Assembly: GCA_043822705.1 (NCBI GenBank)
Contig: JBDRBK010000206.1
Coordinates: 1-34,744 of the forward strand
Source: Fidelibacterota bacterium
Lineage (GTDB): Bacteria; Fidelibacterota; Marinisomatia; Marinisomatales; TCS56
Length of the DNA: 34,744 nt
Direction of reading: 5' to 3'
The notes beneath the pieces are model-generated. The model saw nothing but the letters and a program-made list of their open reading frames with translations. It was not told the origin of the DNA and searched no databases. Shown here one piece after another: positions 17,322 to 25,673 of this stretch. Positions within the stretch are counted from its first letter, which is position 1; each line of letters opens with the position of its first letter. Both the position numbers and the translations under genes were made by a program.

Positions 17322-19069
17322 AGCGCAAGTATCCTGACAGACGAAACCGGTTTTTAGCGGCAATAGTATTGCTGCTGCCGCTGTTGATTTTCGCCCAGGT
17401 TCAGGTGACTGCCAACGTTGATGCCAATCGGATCGGACCAAACGAGACATTCACTTTCAAGATCGAAACCAGTGGTGCCGGTGATTTTCCCGATGTCGAT
17501 ATCAGTCCTCTGTTGGATGATTTCGCCCTGATCAGCGGTCCGGCGCAGCAGACCTACACGCAGTGGGTGAATGGCAAAATGTCCAGCAGCCGGAATCTGT
17601 CCTGGACTTTCATGCCAAGGAAATCAGGTCAATTGACGATACCGGCCCTGAACGCGCAGATTGGAAGGAAAACCTATCCTACCCAGCCGATCAGCATTGT
17701 CGTATCCGGTGACCAGGCAAGTACAGCCGGGAGTACGTCCGATGTTTTTCTGATCGTCGAACTGGACAAGGATCAGGTGTATCCCGGCGAGCAAATCACC
17801 GTGACCTACAAATTATATACGCGTGCCAATCTGCGGGGACTGGAGCGGATCGCCGACCCGAAGAATGTGGGCTTTTGGGTAGAGGATATTTACGCGCCGT
17901 CTCAACCGCAATTCCGCGGCACCATGGTCGAAGGTGTGAGTTACAGCGTCGCCACCCTTTACAAGGCGGCGATGTTTCCTACCAAAACCGGAAATTTGAA
18001 AATTTCACCGATGGTAATCCGCTGCCAGGTTGAAGTGGCCCAGGCCCGTCGTTCGCGGCGTTCCCTGTTTGATGATTTTTTCAACGATCCGTTCGCCGGT
18101 CAGGCGGTCAACAAGATCGTCAGTACCGATACGACAATTATTAATGTCCAGCCCTTCCCGGGCGGGCGCCCGACCGATTTTACCGGCGCGGTGGGAGAAT
18201 TTTCCATCACTGCCACCACTGACCGGAGCAGTGTCACCGAAAGTGAGGCGGTGGCCTACACGATCAAGCTGGCCGGAACCGGCAATCTGAACCGGTTCGA
18301 GCTGCCGAATCTGGAATTTCCCGATGATCTGGAAGTATATCCACCCACCACCGAATTCGAAAAGGATGCTTTCCGGGACCAGTTCAGCGGCACGATAACG
18401 CGGGAATATATCCTGATACCGCGGGCGGCCGGTGAGTTCCGGTTGCCCCGTGTTCGCTTTTCATATTTTGATCCGAAGCAGAAAAAGTGGGCCGGCCTGA
18501 GCACCCAGCCGATTGCCCTGAAAGTGAATCCCGGCAAAGATCAGGCCGCCAATCGTGGCGATCTGACCAAGGAAGAAGTCGCCTTGCTGGGGAAAGATAT
18601 CAGATATATTAATACCGCCATGCCGAACTGGTATCGGACCGGCCGGACAGCGGTGTCGCTGGGCTTGTTTTTCCTGTATTTTGCGGCTGTAGTATTTTAC
18701 TCCGGTCCGGTACTGTACCGGAATTATTTGCTGATCACGCAATCATCGGCTGGCAGCCGCCGTTCGCGGAATGCACTGAAAAACGCCCGTCAGCGCCTGA
18801 GTCGGCCGGCGACGGATGTCTATTCCCAGGTTGCCGGTACGATCTATCATTATCTGGGGGAAAAGCTTGATCTGACCAGCGCCGAACTGGATCCCAACAA
18901 TGTCGATGATCTGCTGGACGGCCAGGTTGAGCCAGGGATCAGGGCCGGTGTGATCGGAATACTGCAAAGTTGCGATGCCGGCCGGTTCGCTCCCGGCGCG
19001 ACGGCGACCAAGACCACATTGATTACCGATACGCTGGATATCCTGCAACGACTGGATGCCGAATTATGA
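17318..19069 (+). CDS. batD: BatD family protein
   Basis: Signal peptide, VTANVD...F.F.I, VYPGEQITVTYKLY, FTGAVGEF, FSYFDP, DIRYI, C-terminal TM and RFAP. Confidence 0.9.
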   Translation: MKRKYPDRRNRFLAAIVLLLPLLIFAQVQVTANVDANRIGPNETFTFKIETSGAGDFPDVDISPLLDDFALISGPAQQTYTQWVNGKMSSSRNLSWTFMPRKSGQLTIPALNAQIGRKTYPTQPISIVVSGDQASTAGSTSDVFLIVELDKDQVYPGEQITVTYKLYTRANLRGLERIADPKNVGFWVEDIYAPSQPQFRGTMVEGVSYSVATLYKAAMFPTKTGNLKISPMVIRCQVEVAQARRSRRSLFDDFFNDPFAGQAVNKIVSTDTTIINVQPFPGGRPTDFTGAVGEFSITATTDRSSVTESEAVAYTIKLAGTGNLNRFELPNLEFPDDLEVYPPTTEFEKDAFRDQFSGTITREYILIPRAAGEFRLPRVRFSYFDPKQKKWAGLSTQPIALKVNPGKDQAANRGDLTKEEVALLGKDIRYINTAMPNWYRTGRTAVSLGLFFLYFAAVVFYSGPVLYRNYLLITQSSAGSRRSRNALKNARQRLSRPATDVYSQVAGTIYHYLGEKLDLTSAELDPNNVDDLLDGQVEPGIRAGVIGILQSCDAGRFAPGATATKTTLITDTLDILQRLDAEL

Positions 19070-19821
19070 AGCCAATCAAATTGATCCTGTCAATCGGCCT
19101 GGTTGCAGTATCATTCGCAAACGCCCAAGCGCTGCCGGACAGTCTCTGGACCCGCGGTAATCAGGCGTTCGCCACCGAACGCTACGCCACGGCGATCGAA
19201 TCCTACGAACGGATTCTCGGGCAGGGATTTGAGCACGAATTGTTGTACTATAACCTGGGGAATGCCTATTATCGAGCGGGGCAGACCGGGTCGGCGATCT
19301 GGGCTTACGAAAAGGGCCTGCAATTCGCACCGCGGCAGGAAGACCTGAAATTCAACCGCGATGTGGCCAAGACCAGCATCAAGGACCGCATTGAGGTGCC
19401 GGACGGCTTTATCGTAGTGGATATTTACCGGGCCTTTAAAAATATGCTGACGCTGCGTGGTCTGCTGTCGTGGGGTGGATTGTTTCTGCTGCTATCCGCC
19501 GCCATCTATAGCGCCCGCAAAATCTTTTCCTGGAACACCCGTTTGCCGGCCTCGCTCACGGCGTTTTTCCTGGTAATGGCGCTTCTGCTGCACCTGGTGG
19601 CGCTGGATAAATACTGGGAAGTATCCGACCGGCAGGAGGGCGTGATTGTCGCGGCCGTGGTCGAGGCCCGGTCGACGCCATCCGATTTGGGGAAAATGCT
19701 GTTTCGCGTGCACGAAGGACTGAAAGTGGAAATTACCCAGGTGCAGACCGACTGGCTGGAAATTATCCTGCTGGACGGAAAAAAAGGCTGGGTTTCGGTG
19801 AACAAGGTAAGGCTGCTATGA
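19066..19821 (+). CDS. batE: BatE, TPR + SH3b-like domain protein
   Basis: GNQAF...YYNLGNAYYR...AIWAYEK TPRs, two TMs, VHEGLKV...W..I...GKKGWV SH3b. Start moved to ATG 19066 (ATGA overlap). Confidence 0.9.
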   Translation: MKPIKLILSIGLVAVSFANAQALPDSLWTRGNQAFATERYATAIESYERILGQGFEHELLYYNLGNAYYRAGQTGSAIWAYEKGLQFAPRQEDLKFNRDVAKTSIKDRIEVPDGFIVVDIYRAFKNMLTLRGLLSWGGLFLLLSAAIYSARKIFSWNTRLPASLTAFFLVMALLLHLVALDKYWEVSDRQEGVIVAAVVEARSTPSDLGKMLFRVHEGLKVEITQVQTDWLEIILLDGKKGWVSVNKVRLL

Positions 19822-20264
19822 GAAAAATATATATCTGGTTGCCGGCGCTGATGCTGGCGCTGGTTTGCGGGCAGACGGTGATCCATGACGAATCATTCGA
19901 TCCCGCCACTCTCAATGAACCGGAACCGGAGTGGCCGATCATGATCAATCCGATTCTGAATGATTCGCTGATCATCAGGAACATGATCGCCGACCGGGAC
20001 CAAACGCGTCAGCGCGAAGGCTACCGGGTCCAGATTCTGACCACCCGCAACGCCGCCGAGGCCGAAAATTTCCGCGGGATTATGTCCGCAATTCTGAGCG
20101 ACAGTTGTTATGTGATTTATGAACTGCCGAATTACAAGGTGCGTGCCGGTGATTTCATCAATCGCCGGGACGCGGAGGAGCTTCAGAACAGGCTGCATGC
20201 GCTCGGTTACCGCTCGGCCTGGATCGTGCGCACGCGCGTCGAGCCAACCGGCAGTAATTATTAG
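19818..20264 (+). CDS. Exported SPOR-domain protein
   Basis: Signal peptide; GYRVQI...PNYKVRAGDF..R.DAE......GY.SAWIV SPOR pattern; ATGA overlap with batE. Confidence 0.85.
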   Translation: MRKIYIWLPALMLALVCGQTVIHDESFDPATLNEPEPEWPIMINPILNDSLIIRNMIADRDQTRQREGYRVQILTTRNAAEAENFRGIMSAILSDSCYVIYELPNYKVRAGDFINRRDAEELQNRLHALGYRSAWIVRTRVEPTGSNY

Positions 20265-20364
20265 AACCGGCGTCGGTGTCGGAAGTAACCGCCGGCGGTC
20301 GCTATTCCAGCAAGCGTCGGATTTACAGTCGACAACACGCTTTCCCCGGTGTTCCCACATTCCG

Positions 20365-20393
20365 TTGTAGCAATCGACCGGCAATGCTAAATT
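20365..20393 (+). promoter_or_regulatory. Sigma70-like promoter of yebC-ruvC-ruvA
   Basis: TTGTAG (20365-20370), 17-nt spacer, TG at 20385-20386, TAAATT (20388-20393), 24 nt before the yebC ATG. Confidence 0.5.
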
Positions 20394-20417
20394 TCAATCT
20401 TATCAGAAAGGTGATTT

Positions 20418-21164
20418 ATGTCAGGACACAGCAAGTGGGCGACGATAAAACGGAAGAAGGCCGCCACTGATCAGAAGAGGGGTAAAGTATTTACAAAAAT
20501 TATTAAGGAAGTCATGGTAGCCGCCCGCACCGGTGGCGGCGATGAAGAAGCCAATCCGCGTTTACGGCAGGCGGTAACCGCCGCCAAGAATGTCAACATG
20601 CCCCTGGATAATATCAAGCGGGCGATTCAGAAGGGCACCGGCGAATTGCCGGGCCAGAGTTTTGAGGAAGCAACCTATGAAGGTTACGGTCCCGGTGGTG
20701 TGGCGGTCATGATGGATGTAATGACCGATAATAAAAACCGGACCGTGGCGGAAATCCGGCACCTGATGAACAAATATGGTGGAAATCTGGGTGAAAACGG
20801 CAGCGTGGCCTGGATGTTCGACCGTAAAGGGCAGATTATTATTAACAAGGAAGCGGTGGCGGAGGATGTCCTCTTTGAAGCAGCGCTGGAAGCCGGTGCC
20901 GAAGATTTCAATAATGCCGAAGAAGAAGTATTCATCATTACCACGGCTCCGGCCGATTTGATGGTGATTCGCGATTCCCTGGAGGAACGGGGCTATACGA
21001 TCGAATCGGCGGATATTGAAATGATCCCGAAAAATCTGGTCAAAGTCGAGGGTGCCGCAGCCGAAAGATTAATGACCCTGATGGAACTGCTGGAAGATCA
21101 CGACGATATGCAGAATGTGTTCGCCAATTTTGATATCGACGAAGATCTGATCAATCAGAATTAG
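20418..21164 (+). CDS. yebC: YebC/PmpR family protein
   Basis: [48 protein letters not shown]. Confidence 0.97.
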   Translation: MSGHSKWATIKRKKAATDQKRGKVFTKIIKEVMVAARTGGGDEEANPRLRQAVTAAKNVNMPLDNIKRAIQKGTGELPGQSFEEATYEGYGPGGVAVMMDVMTDNKNRTVAEIRHLMNKYGGNLGENGSVAWMFDRKGQIIINKEAVAEDVLFEAALEAGAEDFNNAEEEVFIITTAPADLMVIRDSLEERGYTIESADIEMIPKNLVKVEGAAAERLMTLMELLEDHDDMQNVFANFDIDEDLINQN

Positions 21165-21169
21165 CCGGC

Positions 21170-21643
21170 ATGCGGGTCATCGGTATCGACCCGGGATTAG
21201 GGGTCACAGGTTTTGGAATACTGGACCGTAACAATAATCGAATCGAGGTAAAACATTTCGGTACGATCAGACCGCCGGCGGGACGTCCGCTGGCCGAACG
21301 CCTGCACTATCTATTTGATAATATCATGAAGCTGATTGCCGAATATCAACCGCAGGTGCTGGCGGTGGAGGACACCTTCCACGGAAAGAACATTCGCACC
21401 GCCCTGCTGCTGGGACAAGCCCGGGGGGTGTTGTTGCTGGCAGGTGCGCGCTCGGGAATAACCTGCTGCGAGTATGCACCGCGGAAAGTCAAGCAATCGG
21501 TCACGGGCAACGGGGCCGCCACCAAGGAACAGGTACAATATATGGTCAAAGCGATGCTGAAACTGGATAAATTACCGACGCCCATCGATGCTTCCGACGC
21601 CCTAGCGGTGGGGCTCTGCCACTTGCATCAGGAAAAGGGGTAG
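21170..21643 (+). CDS. ruvC: Holliday junction resolvase RuvC
   Basis: IGIDPG...GFG, LAVE, GQARG, EYAPRKVK..VTGNG.A.KEQV, DASDALAV. Confidence 0.97.
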   Translation: MRVIGIDPGLGVTGFGILDRNNNRIEVKHFGTIRPPAGRPLAERLHYLFDNIMKLIAEYQPQVLAVEDTFHGKNIRTALLLGQARGVLLLAGARSGITCCEYAPRKVKQSVTGNGAATKEQVQYMVKAMLKLDKLPTPIDASDALAVGLCHLHQEKG

Positions 21644-21648
21644 TCGGC

Positions 21649-22242
21649 ATGATCGATTCGATTACTGGAAAAATCGCCGCCAAAACACCGACCGTCCTGG
21701 TGGTTGATGTCGGCGGTATCAGGTTCAAAATTCATATCAGTGTGCCCACCTGCGAGCGCCTGCCCAAGGTTGGCGAAGCGGTGGACCTGCTGACCTACCT
21801 GCATGTCCGCGAAGATATTCTTGCTTTGTACGGGTTTGCGATCGAAGAAGAACGGAAGTTATTCCTGCTGTTGATCGGTATCACGGGAATCGGCCCGCGC
21901 TCGGCCATGACGATTCTTTCCGGCACCAACCCGGCCGAATTCAAACGCCGAATCGTCGCCGGCGATGTCAAATCGTTAACCAGCGTACCTGGCATCGGAC
22001 CGAAAACCGCCAAGCGGATTATTGTCGAGTTAAAAGAAAAATTTGTGGATTTTGAGGACGATGAAAACATGGAATTTCTGACGTCCACGGAATCTCCCGT
22101 CGTAAGTGATGCGCTGATGGCCCTGATGTCTCTGGGTTATAAGCGCCAGCAGAGTCAACGTGCTCTCAGGGATTTGGAACAATCCGGTCAGTTGAGCGGG
22201 GGATTGGAATCCATCTTAAAAAAGGCTCTGGCCAAAATGTAG
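21649..22242 (+). CDS. ruvA: Holliday junction branch migration protein RuvA
   Basis: HVRED...LYGF, GIGPRSA, VPGIGPKTAKRIIVELK, AL.SLGY. Confidence 0.97.
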   Translation: MIDSITGKIAAKTPTVLVVDVGGIRFKIHISVPTCERLPKVGEAVDLLTYLHVREDILALYGFAIEEERKLFLLLIGITGIGPRSAMTILSGTNPAEFKRRIVAGDVKSLTSVPGIGPKTAKRIIVELKEKFVDFEDDENMEFLTSTESPVVSDALMALMSLGYKRQQSQRALRDLEQSGQLSGGLESILKKALAKM

Positions 22243-22248
22243 AGGTGC

Positions 22249-23445
22249 ATGATGAAAATTGCCAACAGGATTGAAAGACTTGGCACGGAAACGGCGTTCG
22301 CGGTTTCCGGTCAAGCCGCTGCCTGGGCGGCTAAAGGAAACAAAGTATATCCTTTTCATCTGGGGGATATGAACCTGCCGACGCCGGCAAATATTGTCGA
22401 AGCGGCCAACAAAGCAATCAGGAACGGGAAAACTGGCTACTGTCCTGCGGACGGAATCCCGGCCCTGCGTGAGGCACTGGCCGAAGATGTGGGCCGGCGC
22501 CGCGGCGTGACATACGGCGCCGCCAATGTTGCCATTCAACCCGGCGGCAAACCGGTGATCGGGAAATTTATTGCGGCGGTGATGAATCCCGGCGACGAAG
22601 TACTTTATCCCAATCCCGGCTATCCGATCTATGAATCGCAGATCGAATATTTCGGCGGCGTGGCCGTACCCTACAGTTATGTCGAAACACCCAGTGGTTT
22701 CGCCATCGACCTGGACAAGCTTAAAGCTGCCATCACGCCAACAACCAGGGCATTGATTTACAACAACTACCAGAATCCGATCAGTGCCGCCTCTTCTAAG
22801 GAGGAAATGCAGGCATTAGCGACGCTGGCCGTGGAGCACGACCTGGTCGTGCTGGCCGACGACGCCTATTACGAAATCCGCTACGGTGGCGAACCGCGAT
22901 CGATCGTCAACCTGCCCGGCATGCAGGAACGGACCTTGGTTCTGTACACTTTTTCCAAGAAATACGCCATGACCGGCTGGCGCCTTGGTGCGGCGGTCGG
23001 ACCGGAAGAAATCATCAAGGTGATTGCCAAACTGAATGTGAATGCCGAATCCTGCTCCAACCACTTCATCCAGTGGGCCATGCTGGAAGCACTGACCGGC
23101 GACACCAGCGGTCCGCTGCAGATTCTGGCTACACTCAAGGCACGCCGCGATGTGGCCGTGGCCGGATTGAATGCCATCGACGGGATCAATATTCCGGCGC
23201 CTAACAGCACCTTCTACCTGTTCCCCAACGTCACCAAAGTGATGCAGCGGAAAGGATTCACCAACGTCAATGATCTGATGACGGCAACCCTGCACGAGAC
23301 CGGTGTCTCTTTCTGCACACGCAATCATTTCGGGCGGCCGCTGGCCGGCGAAAAGGAATATTTCATCCGCTTGGCCTATTCCGGAATCGATGTTCCCGAC
23401 ATCGAAGATGGGCTGAGCCGGTTAAAGGAATATTTCGAGCGCTGA
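22249..23445 (+). CDS. PLP-dependent aminotransferase class I/II (aspartate aminotransferase-like)
   Basis: NPGDEVLYPNPGYPIY, NNYQNP, D.AY, and FSKKYAMTGWRLG (PLP lysine). Start is ATG 22249 or 22252. Confidence 0.92.
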   Translation: MMKIANRIERLGTETAFAVSGQAAAWAAKGNKVYPFHLGDMNLPTPANIVEAANKAIRNGKTGYCPADGIPALREALAEDVGRRRGVTYGAANVAIQPGGKPVIGKFIAAVMNPGDEVLYPNPGYPIYESQIEYFGGVAVPYSYVETPSGFAIDLDKLKAAITPTTRALIYNNYQNPISAASSKEEMQALATLAVEHDLVVLADDAYYEIRYGGEPRSIVNLPGMQERTLVLYTFSKKYAMTGWRLGAAVGPEEIIKVIAKLNVNAESCSNHFIQWAMLEALTGDTSGPLQILATLKARRDVAVAGLNAIDGINIPAPNSTFYLFPNVTKVMQRKGFTNVNDLMTATLHETGVSFCTRNHFGRPLAGEKEYFIRLAYSGIDVPDIEDGLSRLKEYFER

Positions 23446-23450
23446 GTCCC

Positions 23451-23498
23451 ATGAAAATCCGGCGGATTATCGACTGATGGTCCGCCGGTTTCATTTTT
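23451..23498 (+). terminator. Intrinsic terminator after the aminotransferase
   Basis: CCGGCGGA (23459-23466) pairs with TCCGCCGG (23481-23488), extended by an inner stem, followed by TTTCATTTTT; flanking ATGAAA/TTTCAT also pair. Confidence 0.75.
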
Positions 23499-23520
23499 AA
23501 TCTCAAATTACTGGTTAGCC

Positions 23521-24609
23521 ATGAAAAAAACCGCCTTACACGACCGTCATGTGAAATTGAATGCCAAGATCGTACCGTTCGCCGGTTATGAGATGCCGGT
23601 CCAGTATCAGGGCATAATCCAGGAACACCTGGCCGTGCGGACGGCCGCCGGTCTGTTCGATGTCAGTCACATGGGTGAGTTCATCGTCACCGGTCGCGGC
23701 GCGGAAGACTTCCTGCAACGCATGACCGTGAATGACGTAGCCGCACTGCGGGTCGGCCAGGCCCAGTATTCAGCCATGTGCTACGATGACGGCGGCATCG
23801 TCGACGATCTGCTGATTTATCGCTACGCCGATCACTTCATGCTGGTCGTGAATGCATCCAATCTGGATAAGGATTTTAAATGGCTGCAAAGCCATCTGCC
23901 GGCCGGTGTGACACTCGAGAACCGTAGCGACGAAATCAGTCTGATTGCACTGCAGGGACCGCAATCGCGGTCGATCCTGGGACGCCTTACCGAAGAAAAA
24001 CTAGCGGAAATCCCGTTCTATCATTTTCTTGAAGGTCGAGTCGCCAACCGGCCAGTGACGATCGCCCGTACCGGCTATACCGGTGAGCTTGGTTTCGAGC
24101 TGTATGGCAGCAACGAGGATATTCCGTTGATCTGGGACCGGCTGTTCGAGGTCGGTGCAGCCGCCGGACTGGTTCCCGTCGGTCTGGGTGCCCGCGACAC
24201 CCTGCGGCTGGAAATGAAGTACTGCCTGTATGGTAATGATATCGATCAGACTACCAATCCGGTCGATGCCGGCCTGAGCTGGATCATCAAAGCCGACAAA
24301 GGTGATTTCATCGGCAAGGCCGCTATCCTGGCCCGCAAGACCGTTGTACCCCGGCGGCTGGTTTGTCTGGAAATGCTGGAACGCGCCGTGCCCCGGCACG
24401 GTTACAAGGTGTTCAGTGGCGCCGAAGAAATTGGCGTGGTCACCAGCGGAACCCAATCACCTTCCCTGCAGAAGGGGATCGCCCTGGCGTATCTGAACCG
24501 GGAATTCACAAAAATCGGGACCGCGACGGAAGTGGAGATTCGCGGCGGCCGGAAAGCGGCCGTTGTGGTAAAGCCGCCGTTTTATCAGCAGGGAACCGCC
24601 CAGGATTAG
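23521..24609 (+). CDS. gcvT: Glycine cleavage system aminomethyltransferase T
   Basis: FAGYEMPVQY, GLFDVSHMGE, VVNASN, ALQGP, RTGYTGELGFE, GLGARDTLRLE. Confidence 0.96.
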   Translation: MKKTALHDRHVKLNAKIVPFAGYEMPVQYQGIIQEHLAVRTAAGLFDVSHMGEFIVTGRGAEDFLQRMTVNDVAALRVGQAQYSAMCYDDGGIVDDLLIYRYADHFMLVVNASNLDKDFKWLQSHLPAGVTLENRSDEISLIALQGPQSRSILGRLTEEKLAEIPFYHFLEGRVANRPVTIARTGYTGELGFELYGSNEDIPLIWDRLFEVGAAAGLVPVGLGARDTLRLEMKYCLYGNDIDQTTNPVDAGLSWIIKADKGDFIGKAAILARKTVVPRRLVCLEMLERAVPRHGYKVFSGAEEIGVVTSGTQSPSLQKGIALAYLNREFTKIGTATEVEIRGGRKAAVVVKPPFYQQGTAQD

Positions 24610-24695
24610 CCAAAAACGTCGTGGCTTGTCAGGAAAATCATTTTTATAATCTTGTTTGATATTTTGTCCGTTTTAATCTGGTTCGAGAACAAATT

Positions 24696-25673
24696 ATGAA
24701 CACAGCGATACTGGTAACCGGTGGAGCCGGTTTCATCGGCTCTCACTTGATCGACCGATTGTTGAAAAACAACCGGAAGGTGGTCTGTGTCGATAATCTG
24801 AATGATTTTTATAACCCGGGGATAAAAAAACTCAACCAGTCCGGTCACCAGCGCTACAGCCGTTTCGAGTTTCGTCCGGGCGATATCCGCGACGGCGATT
24901 TCATCGATCGCTTATTCGCGGAATGTGAATTCGGCACGGTGGTACATCTGGCCGCCATGGCGGGGGTTCGGCCGTCGATTAAACAACCGTTGCTCTACAC
25001 CGATATCAATATCAACGGTACCCAGATTCTGCTGGAAGCGGCGGTAAAATACGGGATTGGCCATTTCGTGTTCGCATCGTCATCATCGGTATACGGCAAC
25101 AATGAAAAGACGCCGTTTTCCGAAGAGGATCAGGTCGATAATCAGATTTCGCCGTATGGGGCCACCAAAAAAATGGGCGAATTACTGTGCTCGACCTACA
25201 ATCATCTCTACCGGCTGCCGATCAGTTGTCTTCGGTTCTTCACCGTTTACGGACCACGGCAGCGGCCGGAAATGGCCATTCACAAATTCGTCCGCATGAT
25301 TATCAACCGTAAACCGATCCCGGTTTTCGGTGACGGCGAATCGGCCCGCGATTACACCTATATTGATGATATCATCGATGGCATTACCGCGGTGCTGGAG
25401 CATCCCAACGATTTCATCATCTATAACCTGGGTAATTCCGATCCGATCAAGTTAGCGGAACTGGTCGAGTCCATCGGGGAAATTTGCGGCGTGCCAGCAA
25501 TCATCGATCAGCAACCGTTACCGCCCGGCGATGTCAACCAGACTTTCGCCAATATCGAACGCGCCCGAAAACGTCTGGGCTACGAACCGAAAACTGATAT
25601 TAAAACCGGTCTCGCCCGATTTGTCGAATGGTATCGACTGCAGCGGGAAACATCCCCCGAGCTGTACGCATGA
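24696..25673 (+). CDS. NAD-dependent nucleotide-sugar epimerase (UDP-glucuronate 4-epimerase-like)
   Basis: GGAGFIG, HLAAMAGVRPS, ASSSSVYG, YGATK (YxxxK), LRFFTVYGPRQRPEMA, RDYTYIDD. Confidence 0.92.
   Translation: MNTAILVTGGAGFIGSHLIDRLLKNNRKVVCVDNLNDFYNPGIKKLNQSGHQRYSRFEFRPGDIRDGDFIDRLFAECEFGTVVHLAAMAGVRPSIKQPLLYTDININGTQILLEAAVKYGIGHFVFASSSSVYGNNEKTPFSEEDQVDNQISPYGATKKMGELLCSTYNHLYRLPISCLRFFTVYGPRQRPEMAIHKFVRMIINRKPIPVFGDGESARDYTYIDDIIDGITAVLEHPNDFIIYNLGNSDPIKLAELVESIGEICGVPAIIDQQPLPPGDVNQTFANIERARKRLGYEPKTDIKTGLARFVEWYRLQRETSPELYA

Noticed and set aside
24626..24650. TTGTCA...TATAAT promoter upstream of the epimerase
   Set aside because: The spacer is only 13 nt. A promoter is likely in this AT-rich gap but cannot be placed.
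24610..24695. RfaH-type ops element (GGCGGTAG) as target for the NusG paralog
   Set aside because: No such motif seen in this leader or the other intergenic regions I read.
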